Below are positions 29,713 to 43,787 of a DNA stretch of 64,000 nt, piece by piece. The stretch is taken from contig NOWV01000194.1 in NCBI GenBank assembly GCA_003344405.1, positions 62,001 to 126,000 of the forward strand, written 5' to 3'. The notes under the pieces were generated by a model. The model saw nothing but the letters and a program-made list of their open reading frames with translations, did not search any database and was not told the DNA's origin. Source of the stretch: Trichoplax sp. H2 (Eukaryota). Both the position numbers and the translations under genes were made by a program. Each line of letters begins with the position of its first letter. The stretch's first letter is position 1.

Positions 29713-32700
29713 TTATGAAGCCAATAAAGGAGCAGGTGCCTTTCTTTTAACTCCTGCTCAAAATAAGGTACACAGTATTTACTATGTTGACCAATTTCCG
29801 TAAACATACAACAAAATTACTTAATCCTAATAAAACATTGCACAAGTGTCCTCTTACTGGACGATGGAGAAAATCAATTCAAATTATTCCGATACTACAT
29901 GGTTTCGTAACTCCTAATAAGAAGGTTAATCGTCGATAGTTACATTAAGCTTACCCGGATCTTCAGTTGGTACATCAGGTAACTCGACGTCTTCTGTCGT
30001 AGTTGCAGGAAGACTTGCTGCAGGAACATCTGGTAAATTTTGAAGTTCCTATCGCAATATATGCCATCAGTCAATATGAACAGGATAAACTACTATATGT
30101 GCAGCAGTTTAAGTTAAAATACAACATTAGCTAATAATCAATTGTAATTATCTGCACACTATGGCACCTGTTGTGTAATTTGTTCAAGTTCAGCAAGAAC
30201 TGCGGTTTCGTCTTCGTCTGTCAGCGTATTACCCAACAACTCATCAATTTGCTAAGATTCATTCAAACAATAATAAGTGCTGGGCAGCCATCGAGTTGGG
30301 AATGACATTAGCTATTAGATATAATTATAGTTAAAAACCTTTTGATATTCAATAGCTTCTTGCGTTTCATCCATAATTCTTTCAACGTCTTCAATAGACA
30401 TCATCTACATGTCACAGATGACAAAAGGCTTCCGTATTATACGACGTATGTACAAAATTATCATGATTATACTCGCATACGACATTTCGAAATCATACTT
30501 CTAATAGGACTACATTTGGGTAACGCATATTATTAGCTTTAAAAAATAGTGATTACTATGACATATCTTTAGTTAAAGAAGTATAGTATCGATGTTTAAA
30601 TACGATATTTTTAATTTAATTTGAAGTATCATAGAGATGACAAGATTAAAAGACATACGACAATAGTTCACCCACCTTATGCATTCTATCTAAGCACTCG
30701 TTACCCTGCTTCAAGCGTTCCACAACTTGTACCTGTATCTTGGCAAATTCTACATCATTTACCTGAAGTTAAAAGAAATTTTTACTGAGGATATAGATCA
30801 GAGGTGTCATTCAAAGCAGTGTAAAAACTAGGGAATCAATATTTAATTATTGGTGCTGTCATTACAATTGCAATCTATATCACTATTTGGGTTTAGAATC
30901 GAGCAAAGAACGGTTTTATTATAATTGTGTGTAATAGTTTTGTTGCGTAATTAATGATTTACCATTCGTTCTAAACCATCAAGCTGACCATCCGTTTTTT
31001 CTAGTAGCGATTCATAATATCTTTTCTTCTTTAACAGAAGTTTGGCTTTACTAATGACAACGTTAGTTTAATAAGTTAATAACATAATCATGATACATGT
31101 ATATTTACTATTTTCATCAACTTTGATACAAATTTTAAAAAATTTTTTATTTACAAAAGGGAAAGGGTATCAATATCTCGATCATCATACAAGAAGATAT
31201 ATTTCGTAGAACCAGGCTAAATTATAGCATTAGTCATGAGAAATTAATTTTAACTAAAACTATTTCACGATCACGGTATTAATGTGCTTAGGTCTAAATT
31301 GGATTAAACGAATGAGTCCTTTTGGATAGGGAGTAAAGGTAAAGTCTACCGTAAAATGTGTATTAACTTCTCAGATGTCCTTTCAAAAATATACTGTATG
31401 CATGCCTATGTTTGTAGCGTTGCAGGTATAATCAATGCAGGCGTAGATTTGCTTTCCTTCATTTTTTACTCGATATTAAACATTGCTATGATTTTACTTA
31501 CTCTACTTTCTTTTGCTTCACAAGATCTTTCGCTAAGGCTCTTTCTTGTTCTAAACTTATTTTGATCTGGATGAAAGCAAAAACATCAATAAAGAGTTAG
31601 ACTGATAAGTGATCTACGTACCATAATTGTAAATAGCAAACTGAACAACATCTTCATCATGCCATTTAAGCAAGAGAGATCTAACTTAACCTACCCTTTT
31701 TTGATATTGTTGCAGTTTGTCTCGTTGTTGCTTGAGCCCCTATTGACAGTAGAAAAAAAAAATGAAAGATAGTGGATCATCAGTTATAGAGGTAAATAAA
31801 GCAGTTAATTTGATTCTGGTCTTGGAACAGCATAGGAAATAAAAATATAAATGATTTAAGCACCTAGTTTGTATAAGCGGAATTGTTATCAAGGCTGATC
31901 TGATATAAATTATGATACTACACTTGGACATCTACATCATAAACAGTACAACCTCTTTGTACATGATCTGTATCTACTTACAAACTGATTACAAGCAATT
32001 TTAAGCAATTTATGGTCCGTGGTTCTCTCGAAAGTGTAATGTATTAGAAGAGAGCCGCCTGGGTATTTGATTTCATTTTATACTTGCATTACTTATGCTT
32101 GACTAGTATTATAGTTTCATATCTAATATGAACGCACAACTCATGTAGTGCCTTGTCCGATGCTAATATAAAAATCGGTTTCATACGTTACTTCTATTAA
32201 ATTTACGCATAATTAATACTATAGGCTGTCTAAGTCAGATCTTGATACACTATCCAAATGATTTTTAAATCATTTAGGCAATCTCTAGCTAATTACATCA
32301 GTCTGAACCCTATCTCATATATTGGCAGCAACGTAAAATCAAGAAACCACTAGATACTGTAAAGCATCTACTAGTACTAGTAGTCCATGATAAAATCCAC
32401 CCATATCTTGTTCTGTCCACGACATCATGCAAAAGCTTTAAATAATATGTTACTCCATTATCGAAATACTAGTTTATCACCTGAATAATGTAACACGAAC
32501 CTAATTTAGCTATTCTAAGTTAAAAAGAAAGGTGTATACTAATCATGATGAATATCGATGGCGTTTCCATCCGATATCCTATCATATCAATTGAGAAACG
32601 TTTATCTCGATGCACTACAAGATTAAATACCGCACCATGAACTACGAATTGATTCTACGTCTCCATAACATTGGTTATTCATCAGAAAACTCAACAGCAA

Positions 32701-32818
32701 GAATAATAATATAATCTATCCTCCAAACAGACATCATACGAACCAAAACAGCTCGATCTTGTTCAGTAATTTGATGCTTTTCCTCTTTTGGTTTACTCTT
32801 ACCAAATAGAGCCCCCAT
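29713..32818 (-). CDS. CHMP6: Charged multivesicular body protein 6 (VPS20, ESCRT-III), 9 exons
   Basis: Spliced translation: MGALFGKSKPKEEKHQITEQDRAVL|GLKQQRDKLQQYQKR|IKISLEQERALAKDLVKQKKVD|KAKLLLKKKRYYESLLEKTDGQLDGLERM|VNDVEFAKIQVQVVERLKQGNECLDRMHK|MMSIEDVERIMDETQEAIEYQK|QIDELLGNTLTDEDETAVLAELEQITQQ|ELQNLPDVP...|GVKRKAPAPLLAS*. Matches CHMP6, including the myristoylation Gly2. Confidence 0.95.
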
Positions 32819-33778
32819 TTTGTTCTGATGAGGAAGACGGTATTGCGCATGACTAACATGACGTCATGATTGGAGGGAGGTCCAGTTGGTACCGGTCCAG
32901 TCCATATCTCAGCAAAGCGGTCTCCGCGATCGATGTCAGCCATTGCACTAGAAACTCATATAAATACTATTGCAATTTGGCGTGTTTGGAACCTACCCTT
33001 GAATACGATTTGTCCAATTCTCATCCTAGTAGCCATACCCAAACGTGAGCCATTCATCCATAGTAATCCTCTATTGCCGGTTGGATAATTGATTTACTAT
33101 CAGCACCATGCATACGCGTGTTCAATGACTAGGTACAAGCGCATACTCTCCTTTGGCGGCTATACTAAACTATATAAAATTTACTGGTTCGTTCCTACTT
33201 CTTTAGCACAAATCATCTCCAGCTAGCTCGATAGAAATTCTTCGCTGGATTCCTCGTTATTTCTTACCTTTCCTAGCTATAACTTGATAATATCCTAGAA
33301 TTATCCTTAGTTAGTAGCAGTATTGGCAACCAGCAAGACTGTTATTACAAGATCATACACGAAAAGGAGAGAAATAGCATGATATCTTGACGTAAGCAAT
33401 GATAATCGGTTGCCCTTGTTGGAGATTTCTTGTTATAATCTAATGCTTGGATTGATGAAAATTAGCTCTTGCAGACTTTTGGAATCATATTCGATCCTTA
33501 GAAATTGTAGGATAGTAGTGCGATTATTGCCTTGAAACAACTAGGAAAAAGGAGGTAGACTGCTCTCTTCTCTAACTCGATACTGTTATAGTGTAGTATT
33601 TGTATCCATTGATCTGTTCAAGTTGTTGTAAGATTCTTGCACATCCTCGTTGTGTGCATCGATTGAATACGATGCTCGCATGGTAGGCTATCATGACAAC
33701 ATTGCGATCCACTGCTAAAGGCTAACTTTCAATGTAATCTACCTGTATGTCTAATTCTAGACTAGTTTATTTAAAGCT
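32819..33778. promoter_or_regulatory. Head-to-head (probably bidirectional) promoter/5'UTR region of CHMP6 and RRN3
   Basis: Divergent start codons <1 kb apart. An acceptor-like ttctag just before the RRN3 ATG suggests a 5'UTR intron. Confidence 0.55.
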
Positions 33779-36700
33779 ATGGACGAAGTAGAAGCGTCAG
33801 ATATGAGTGGAGATGAGGAATATTCAGATTCAGGCCAAGGGGCTATGATTATGGCTACGGTGATACATAAAGCATTGGAAAATAAGAAAAAGGTAATGGT
33901 AGTTCTAGGCATCTATTCAATCGGCCTTCATTCATCTCGTAGTAATATTCAAAAACTGGTTGATCATGAAATTACCGAATACAGTAAATACTTTGCAATA
34001 TTACTGTATCGTACAAGTCAGCGATAGTGAAATATTTTACTTGCAACGAGAAAGTAACATTATTAGTGATCATCATCTATGGGTGTATAAACCATGACTG
34101 CAGCATGATGCGATTTTCTCGTAATTAATTCAGTTACTGGTGCTGCTATTTTAGATCGTCTACAGAAACACGATTTCTCCTATTTTATTACTTCAGAATA
34201 TCATGAACATACTGTTATAACAATCATATACAAAATTCTACGTAGACTATTAGACTTTGAAATAGACAACTTAGATATCTAGTACAATAATTAGAATTGA
34301 TCAATGTTCAGTTAACGTAGACAACATAAAACATGGCAAGATAGCCACTTGACAGGATCACAAAGTACTATAAATCGTGTAATTTTGCTGCCAAAACTCT
34401 ACTAACTTCTAACCATGAATAGTAAACTGGAAATCAAGTAGATGGTATAATCTGGCTAAAAACACGCCACGTAAAGTGAAACAAGTTTATAGTTGATGCA
34501 TAAATCTATTGTATGTTCATCAAGGTGTTGAATCAGTTTATCAGAATGCAATCAAACGAATAGATTACGAATGAACATACATCGTAATAAAAATAATATT
34601 GTTTGGTACAGTCAACACTGAGCTGGATAACTCAATTGTGATTATACATTCTAATTATAACAAAATATATTATAGGGATTGCAAAAAGACTATGACTGGA
34701 TCGTACATCAGCTATCGCAAGACAATATGGACGTGAGTTATAATGAAAGAGAGAATAGTTAGCTCTAAATAAATAGCATGTTCAGTAATAACTGTTACAA
34801 TTTACTTGATAAAGATAACGAAATTTTACAGTATCTCATCATATTGGACACTTTATGTCAATAGAATGTTATTCTTTTAATTCCATCAAAACATAAATGA
34901 TAAAAATTCTTTCAATTGCATGATAGGCTCAAATCTTTTACCGATGGTTAAAAAGTCTGAGATATTGTACAACAGATATTAACCATAAATGTGAATCACT
35001 TGTCAATGCAACTTTGGTGAGTCCAGGTCTTATGGATAAGATCTCTTACAAAGATTCACTTGCAATACATGCAATACTCGTTCAATATAATATCCAATTA
35101 TACCTTAAAATATTACAATTACATTAGAAAATAAAATGGATCGATCGTGAAGAATCACTAGTAGATCTTTATATTGGATGGCTGGCAGATCTAGTTACGG
35201 TGCATACTTCGTTCTACCTTGATCCGTGCCTGAGAATGCTAATTAATCACTTTATGTCAAGTTAGTAAAGCAATGATATTTCTTCCTCGTAGGAACATAT
35301 ATCAAAGTTACAGCGTAAATTAATTTTGGATATTCTTTCAATCATTCATAGGCAATGATTCTCGCGAACTTACCGTTGGAGAAAATCAAAGTTTTGACAT
35401 TTGTGAGTAGAATTATGCCTCATAAGCTCTTTAGTGTTTTACAATTAACGTATTAATGTTTTATTACTACTGTATCGGTGTCTTAGTATTCCAATTTGCT
35501 ATTAGGTTTCTATGATACTATAATTTGTTCTTTTCTTTCCTTCGTTAATAGTTGGGAACAAGCAAGTTCATCGCGCAATGCAAACTGTTCTACATTTAGT
35601 CCCATCGTACGTATTACATCATTCATTATGAGAATAGAATACAGGGCTGATAGTTTATGAGATGAAGTGCGAGCTATTATTGAATTCTTATTCTTATACT
35701 TTCAAAGGCATGATAATTACTTAGTAATGTTTTTCCATAGGTCCCAAACAAGATTACTACCAATTTTAACACATTATTTTCCTTCGGAATATAAGCCATT
35801 AGATCAATATGTAATTCTATAAGATTCAATATCATTTGCTTAATTATTGGATTAGATAGACTAAGGATAATCAATATCCATCTTTTTCTTTTTCCCTACT
35901 CATATTCAAGGTTTATTATGTTAGTAATTTATTGCGTTTGACTGTTTACGCACCTGGATTGCGCTCACAAATTCTAGAGTTAACTGTCCACAAACTAGTC
36001 AAAGTTGATGTAAGACTTGATAACATTATGAATTGAGTTTAAAAAGTGCATCATCAGCCTTTAAATTGTAATCGACTAAGAATGACCATTTGACTGAAGG
36101 TGGAGGTATCGCGAGACTCGATAAACAAAATCAACCAAATATTTGCTGATGACGAAATGCAGTTCGATGTTGACTTGGTAAGATTTAATATGAAGCATTT
36201 ATATATATTTTCATAAATTTTATTTTCGTATTAGTAATTCCTTTATTTGCAATGATTGGTATAAATTACTTCATGTGGTGATTGCCGTTTAGGAGATGAA
36301 TGATAGTAATTCTGCTGATAAATTAGCTGTACTACCTGGAGATCTTCAACAAATTGCTAATTTAGCTGATAAATTGGACCTGTCAATGTCGATCTTCTTA
36401 TCTTACGTTAGTATTATATGCTATCAACAAGGTAAGATGAAAAGTTCGAACAGATTTTTTACCTCTGATATAAATTATAAATCAATCAATTAAAAAAATT
36501 AGTTATAAAGATACTATGAAATGTTATCCATTTCTAATCTTTAGGCAAGTTTGATCAATCTGCCGCATCACTACTATTTACGGATTTATTGACAGTTAGT
36601 TATGCTTACAAGATGCTGCTATTACAATTTCTATAATAATTTTCATTATAATATACGCTAGACTAATATTAATCTTATTATTCGGTTGGAAACAGGCTTT

Positions 36701-38630
36701 CGATACCATTATTTTGCCAACGCATGACATTTGCCACATCCAATTCTATTTATTCGTGACATGTAGCTATGACGAAGAATTTGTAAAACAGATGCTTCAT
36801 TTGTGCTGGAATAAGGTATTTTTATTATAATACGATGTCACACAGGAGCCTCGCTTAACTTTAATATTCACCAGCTAACGCTTAAACTATCTTTATAATT
36901 TAGTTCGAAGACACAAATGTACCCGGTTGGTGGGCAATTTAAGTCGTTGAATTTACTAATAAAATAGGTTTTAACCATATAATTATAACTACCGTGTCAT
37001 AATATGGCAAATATTTATTTACAGCTGTTTTACGTCAAACTTCTGTGGCCTACATCGCAAGTTTCGTTGCTAGAGCAAAATTTGTGCCATTAAGGTCAGA
37101 TAATTGATGTTACTGTAAAAAATCTTTGTCAACAAATTTCGAATTAGACTAATTTATAGTTAAAGTATTACATCCCGCATTTTATTGATAGTTATAACAT
37201 TTCGTCAATGATAGGTAATCGTATTAATCAATGACATTAATCTTTCATATATTAGAATTATCAATACATGCATAGAAATATTTTGTACCTGGATTCATCG
37301 GTAATTTATATTGTGTATCTTGATTTAGACCTTTGATAGCGTTATTAGGAAGGATACAGCATATTACTATTCAATATTTAATGTTGTAGATATCTTGATG
37401 AACATGGAAATTGCACCACTGCCGATATTGACACACACTGCCTTTTCTATTCTGCCTGCCAAGTACATTCTAAAATAAGATTTAATTTTATAAGATATTA
37501 TAAAGTGTAAATTTATCAACATGAATAAAACTGAAATTAGATTAATACCTAATTGCTATGCATTATTATACCCGTGTCTCTATATCTAGTGTTTGTTTTA
37601 CATGATTGTTTTCAAGCATGAAAACCTGATGGCAGATGAAGAAGGTCAGTGGTATTACTTTATCGATATAGATATGCTTAGATGAAATTGTCAGTCTTTG
37701 TTCGACTTCAATGTTCCTAAAATGTGCTTGTACATTGTGAAGGTAAAAAATTACTCAATCGCGGTGGTCTCCAAAGAATTGTTACGTCAAAATTAAACCC
37801 ATTACGAGTAAGTCTTTACTGCTTAATCTGCAGTTTGATTTTAGCATAATTAAAATTTTAACCATCCGATGTTTGTGTAGTTTTGTATGCCGATCCTAAT
37901 CAAATTTTTTGCAGCAATTACAAGGTAAGATTATTTAATTGGCTTTTTATGCATGTTTATTCCTTCACATAACTGCTACTGTATGTCTTGACTAAAATTA
38001 TGGATTAATGTTTGATTGAATAATTATAATGCTAGTGAACATGAATTAGTTTATTGCTATACAATTATTGAGAGCAATAAAAGAGAACAGCTGCCTACCG
38101 CTTTATTCGGTGGAGATAAACAGCTTACGCGTGATATCAACAATCAATTAGATACATTTTTCCCTTTTGATCCTTACCTCCTATCGCGGTATGATAATGT
38201 ATTTGCTGATAACGTAATTAGTTGTATGTTCATGTTTTAATCGTAATCGTAGAATGTAGAATTAAATATAATATAGCAAATATCCTAATCCTGTATAGGT
38301 CGGCTAAAACGATCGAACCTCTATATCAAAGCTGGGATGATAACCTAAACTCTAATGCTGCCTGTACAAAAAATCAACAAGAGGTCGATTTTGATATTTT
38401 GCGGCTAGTCGTTGCTAAATACTAATTTAGACAGGTCTTAATTTTTTATATATATTGCACGATAGGAGAATGAGGACGATGACGATTATCTATCTTCTGA
38501 TGCATTGTCTCCATACGACTGTATGAATAGTTTCTCTCCAGGATTTGGTATTTCTCCTGCAAGGGCAATGATGCAGAATTACTATAGAGCAAGGAGCCAT
38601 TCAAATTCAATGAACGATGATAAGTTTTAA
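33779..38630 (+). CDS. RRN3: RNA polymerase I transcription initiation factor RRN3 (TIF-IA), multi-exon
   Basis: Exons encode RRN3 motifs AYIASFVARAKFVP (~37047-37093), FYSACQ (~37444), KLNPLR (~37790) and NQLDTFFPFDPYLLSR|SAKTIEPLYQSW (38140-38335). First exon MDEVEASD...KKK|gtaatg; last exon ends NDDKF* at 38630. Confidence 0.92.
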
Positions 38631-40664
38631 TAATGTAAATTTACTCCTTTGAAAGAAATAGTCAATTCTAATATTTTGGCATTTTGTGGACCTTATCAGA
38701 TAGATACATTATAATATGATGATCTATGTACACTCGGCACATATATTTTCTGCACATGTATATAATATTCAATTAGTATTTTCAATTATTAGGATATTAA
38801 AGTGTACTGTATAAGGCAAACGTAGAATTTAAATCAATCAAAATGCATGCAACTAAATTGTTTATCAAATTTTAATATAGTTAGTCTATATATGAAGAAA
38901 GAATGTAATAATCGAATTACGATGATTTTTAGTAGCGTAAATTCTTATAAATATCATATTATTTTAAAAATAAAAATTATCATCTTTACAGATACAATAG
39001 AATGGGTTTTAAGTTTTTATACGGATATAATTAATTCAAGATTATACATTATACATCGAATCTGTTTTGATGTACATATGATTGCTCGTAAACAGATAAT
39101 ATAAGATTTACAACACAAAATGAACAGTAAAGTAGTTTAGCAATTGTCTATCAGTATGTCAAAAATAAATTTAGTCCAAGTTTAGAATAGAAATAAGCAG
39201 GTATTTATTTCACTGGTTTAAGACGAAAGACTAAATTCATACTTCGGTAAATGGTCGTAGGGTAAATCAGTACAAAGAATGTAAAGTAAGTGAAGTTAAT
39301 ACAATTACTATAGAAAAGTAAGAAAAGATCAACAACGAATACGATAAAAATAAATTAGGAAAACAATTATTCTTAGTTGTTATTAACGTGAGTTGTATGA
39401 TACATTGTATAATAGAATTGGCGTTGAAACACTAGGTGATACAAGGATAATAATTAAACAAACTCGTATCTGTGTTTTAAGAAGTATTCAATTTGCGCGA
39501 AATTTTTGATGTAACGAGCACAACGTTCAACAATTGCCAACCATTTTATTATTTTACTACCTATACGCAGTGCATTGCGTATTGCACCATATCCAACTTT
39601 ATCCCATTTATTCTCCGTACGATAGGAGAGAATAGAATATTAGCCATCGTCTACAAAATTATATTTATTTTCGATAACTACTATTTGACTGAAGATTACG
39701 GTATGAGTTTGACGGAAGGTGAATATTTTTGAGATATTATGAATTAAGTAAGAAATATTTACTCGTATACATATCTAGTATCAGTTTTAGCTATGCAATA
39801 TCGCAGTAAATTAGATTAATGTAGATAACCTGTGAAATAGTTATTAGCTTCTGTATGTAATAGAAATACAGAAAATGTTATTGCAAAAAGCCACATAATT
39901 AATAATAGAGAATGTCTAGTATCCGTTATTATTACTGCATTATAATATTTCTATATGTTAATCTTTTGCATCCCGGTCGACTTAATGTAACTTTGACACC
40001 AAATAAAATAGAGAAAATAATCGAACAGCTATTAATTCAAAATTTACTAAGAGATAGTCTAGCAATCTTTCAAATAGCATATTACCTACGGCTTACAGAA
40101 AAAGTTAACAATCTCACATGCAACCAATTGACCTACAAAGTCAGTTAACTTGAACTGTTTCTTCAAATATGATTCTTCTGCACTTAAAATTTTGTGATTG
40201 CAGCGTCATTTACAGACTTCGTAACTAGAACTGGAAGCCACTTAGTAACTATGCGTTAATAATTCTACTATATATACATGTGTGCATTAATCGTGAAATA
40301 TGTTTGTGGCTAACTCTGAAGGCGGATCTGCGGTAGCCATGATACGTTAATAGTAGTGAGAAGCGTGGAGATAGATAGGAAGATAGTAATTGAGTGTGTG
40401 TTTTGAAGGAGTTTTATTTAAGCGATAGTACGTTTGTTACAAGCTTGACTAACGTGTAAGAGTTAATATCAAGACATGACGTAAAGTAAAGCGACGTAAA
40501 GTGAATTGAATAATATTCTTAGGATCGAGTATTTATACCAATGCATAGGGTTGTGTTTGCAATACTAAGTTATACTGTATACTGTATGTATTACTATATT
40601 CTATAAGATATAACATATTACCAACATCGTACAAATTACAGTACTAGTTACATGTTACGTATCT

Positions 40665-41010
40665 AAGACACTACAATTTTAAAGCATAATTTGAAAATAG
40701 TTTAAATGGAGGTCAGCTCGCGATTGGATGTTTCATGAAAACACAAGATGAACAAATAAATACGTTGAGTAAAATTAAATGGATTACAACGATGTTGGCA
40801 TGTTGCTGTGGGTATCTAATATTTGTTTACTGCAAAGGTATGTGCACCTGTATATCAAGTTTTCAATAGATATGGCTGAAATGTAGAACGTAAGAGATAG
40901 CTACGTTGCCATATAAATATCATGAAGTAAATAAAAAATGTGCTTGCCATAATAATGCAAGTAAGGTATAATTATTTGATTTAGCACTATATCAACGGGT
41001 AATTGAATGT
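40665..41010 (+). pseudogene. Relic of the 3' end of a Roc-COR exon plus its downstream intron
   Basis: 40700-40765 reads FKWRSARDWMFHENTR*TNKY vs FESKSARDWILNGNTRSTYKY at 49356-49418. 40770-41010 aligns with intron 49422-49660. In-frame stop present. Confidence 0.8.
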
Positions 41011-41999
41011 CGTATTTTATTTAATAGAGAATAAGTACTGTTATCGAAATCACTAGTATACTATGAATGTATATCCAGTAGTTTTAATACCTAATAATCA
41101 ACAAGTGATATTACTTGCTTAAAAAGCCACCCGTTGCCATCATAACAAACGACTGTTATTAAATGAAATCTAAATCAAAGTAGCAGTTAATCGTTAAAAT
41201 TCTACATTCCATTACGTTAGTTTATCCCTTTATAGTACAATTAATTTCCAAACATGAACCCTAATTAATTAATATAGAAATTATAACGAAATTCATTATG
41301 GTACATGGTTACGCGCTATGGGTAGTTACGGGCAATTTAATTAAAGATCTATGTAGATTAATGCCTATCTATAGTTTATTTAACCATTTCATTATATTAC
41401 TAATATGTATATGTGTATACAATATTTTCACATTATTCAAGTTATGCTTGTATTGTGGGCAGTTTTTGTGCATTGATTTATGCTTGACGTCGCATTGACT
41501 TCTGCTAGTGTTATGCTAATTAATGAGTTAATGATAACAATTACTGATATGGATAATTACTATCAAATACGTTAATAGAAAAAAGGCGATAATGGTGCTA
41601 GTGTATTTGGCAGTATTTCATTCGTTATGGATACTGAGTGAACGCTGATATTATAATGATTATGATAAAGTGTCTTCTCAAAAATACAACACGAACTACA
41701 GCTTCTTGCAAAGTTCACTTTATTACATAAGATCAGGTTCGTCTCATAACTACCAAGACTATCTCCGGACTATCTTTAACAGTAAAAGCTCGCGGTTTAT
41801 ATGCCCTTTGTTATAGAATGAATTTTACACAATGCAATCATATCTTGACAATTAAGTCGCAAGATAACAGTTTATTATCGCGCGAAATATTCATTATAGG
41901 CGCTTAATTAAAGCGCTACAACGCAACTCCCACAGCACTAACATAATTAGCGCTATCTATTACTATCATGAAATCTTAATGTAACATCTCAATAATATC

Positions 42000-42380
42000 A
42001 AGACAATACGTATGTAAACCTCTTCTACAAATAGATATCTTCAAAATCATACAATCCAGCAAACGAGTACTACTGCTCTCGTACAGTCTTACAATCATGA
42101 TCCAAGCTATATGTATTGACTATGCTGATTAATGCCTACCTATAGTTTGTTTAACAAGTTTATTATATTATTCAAGTTATGCTTGTATTTTGTGCATTTT
42201 TTGCATTGATTTATACTTGACGTTGCGTTGACTTCTGCTAGTGTTATGCTAATTAATGAGTTAGTATAAGGGCAATACACGTGTAAACCTCTGCTACAAA
42301 TAAATATCTTCAAAATCATACTATCCAGCAAACGAGTACTACTGCTCTCGTACAGTCTTACAATCATGATCCTAGCTATA
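42000..42380. repeat. ~1.4 copies of the ~270-bp unit amplified at 56500-58675; a further diverged partial copy at ~41340-41530
   Basis: aaacgagtactactgctctcgtacagtcttacaatcatgatcc at ~42061 and ~42330; ttgacttctgctagtgttatgctaattaatgagtta at ~41495 and ~42228. Confidence 0.9.
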
Positions 42381-42650
42381 TTTGGGGCTGCACTACAATG
42401 ATATAGAAAAATAATTGATGATCGTCATTTGATTAAGGGCGTATCAAATTTTATCCATTTAACAGCATTCTTAACTGAAGTAGACTTTGAAATATCGATT
42501 GAACGTTAAAGACAGCTATTCTACAGGTTTTCGCTGATCTATTGCAACGGTCATTCGTATAGTTATCCAAATTTGGCAAATACATTGAGAAGAGCATACA
42601 AATCTATTTTATTCCATCCTATCTCTTGGTTCTTCTTCAAAATTGAAAAT

Positions 42651-43787
42651 ATGGATAATCAGTCTACTAAGACTATTCCTGATGAAGTCGAAACTCTTCA
42701 CAAACAGGGTCGAAAATATCAAAATCATCGCTGTTACAAGTCAGCGCTTTGTTGGTATAAAAAAGTGATTGCTCAAATAGAATTGATACCCCAAGGTAAC
42801 GATGATGTTCATCAACTTAAATATCATGTTTATCTGGAAATGGCTGATTGTTATAGAGAAGAACATGAATATTTAGAAGCCCAAAAATGTGTTAGTGAAG
42901 CAGAGAAATTAGCTAAACAACTACAAGACGAAGCAAAGACTGCAATATGCTTGGATAGGCGGAGTAACATTAAACGACTTGAAGGCGATCGTGAAGGCGC
43001 CTTGACAGGTTTTAAAGATTCTCTTGATTTGAAATTGAAATCGTTAGGAAGTGAAAATATCGATGTTAGTGACTCCTACAATTACATTGGCGCTGTGTAC
43101 ACTAATCAAGGCAAGTACGATGAGGCTTTAAAAATGTATGAAAAATCAGTGAAGATGCGATCGAGAATTAAAGGCGAGAATGATCCAGGTGTTGCTACAT
43201 TACATAAGAACATAGGTAGTGTCTATTATAACCAAGGCAAGTATAATGACGCTCTAGCAAAGTATAACGAATCACTCGAGATTAGACTAGCACAATCGGA
43301 TAAAAATTATCTGAAGATTGCAACGTTATATAACGAAATTGCGCTTGTCTATAATGATCAACGCAAGTATGATGACGCTCTATTAAAGTATAAAGAATCG
43401 CTTAAGATTATACAAGAACAAGTTGGTGACAATCATCCGGACGCTGCTACGTTATATAACAACATTGGGGGTGTTTATGATAATCAAGGCAAGTATGACG
43501 ACGCTGTATCCATGCATAAGAAATCACTCGAGATTTGGCTAGCAACAACTGGTAATAACCATCCGAGTACTGCGAAATCCTACCGAGATATGGCAAGAAT
43601 CTATCTTAAGCAGTCTAACTACATTCAAGCTATCGAATTCTGTCAAAAATCATTCGATAGTTTATGCTACCTCTACGGAGAAAATCATCCTCTAGTCGTC
43701 AAAGATAAACGAATGCTTGACCAATATCGACTACTTGAAAGCGAGGCCAACACCTCAACATTGCAAGACTGCGGTAAGTCTGAATAG
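42651..43787 (+). CDS. TPR exon/ORF, copy 1 (42-aa kinesin-light-chain/NPHP3-type TPR repeats)
   Basis: First ATG at 42651; frame is open upstream to a conserved acceptor-like ctacag at 42526. Five 42-aa repeats of type ATLYNNIGGVYDNQGKYDDAVSMHKKSLEIWLATTGNNHPS, plus degenerate N-terminal TPRs. Confidence 0.92.
   Translation: MDNQSTKTIPDEVETLHKQGRKYQNHRCYKSALCWYKKVIAQIELIPQGNDDVHQLKYHVYLEMADCYREEHEYLEAQKCVSEAEKLAKQLQDEAKTAICLDRRSNIKRLEGDREGALTGFKDSLDLKLKSLGSENIDVSDSYNYIGAVYTNQGKYDEALKMYEKSVKMRSRIKGENDPGVATLHKNIGSVYYNQGKYNDALAKYNESLEIRLAQSDKNYLKIATLYNEIALVYNDQRKYDDALLKYKESLKIIQEQVGDNHPDAATLYNNIGGVYDNQGKYDDAVSMHKKSLEIWLATTGNNHPSTAKSYRDMARIYLKQSNYIQAIEFCQKSFDSLCYLYGENHPLVVKDKRMLDQYRLLESEANTSTLQDCGKSE

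Noticed and set aside
32734..33088. Overlapping short ORFs near the CHMP6 start
   Set aside because: Wrong frame or promoter/UTR sequence; the true exon is 32744-32818 on the minus strand
40779..40837. Apparent first exon MDYNDVGMLLWVSNICYCK|gtatgt
   Set aside because: Aligns with intronic sequence at 49430-49485, and its phase-1 donor does not fit the phase-2 acceptor at 42526. Cannot be fully excluded without transcripts.
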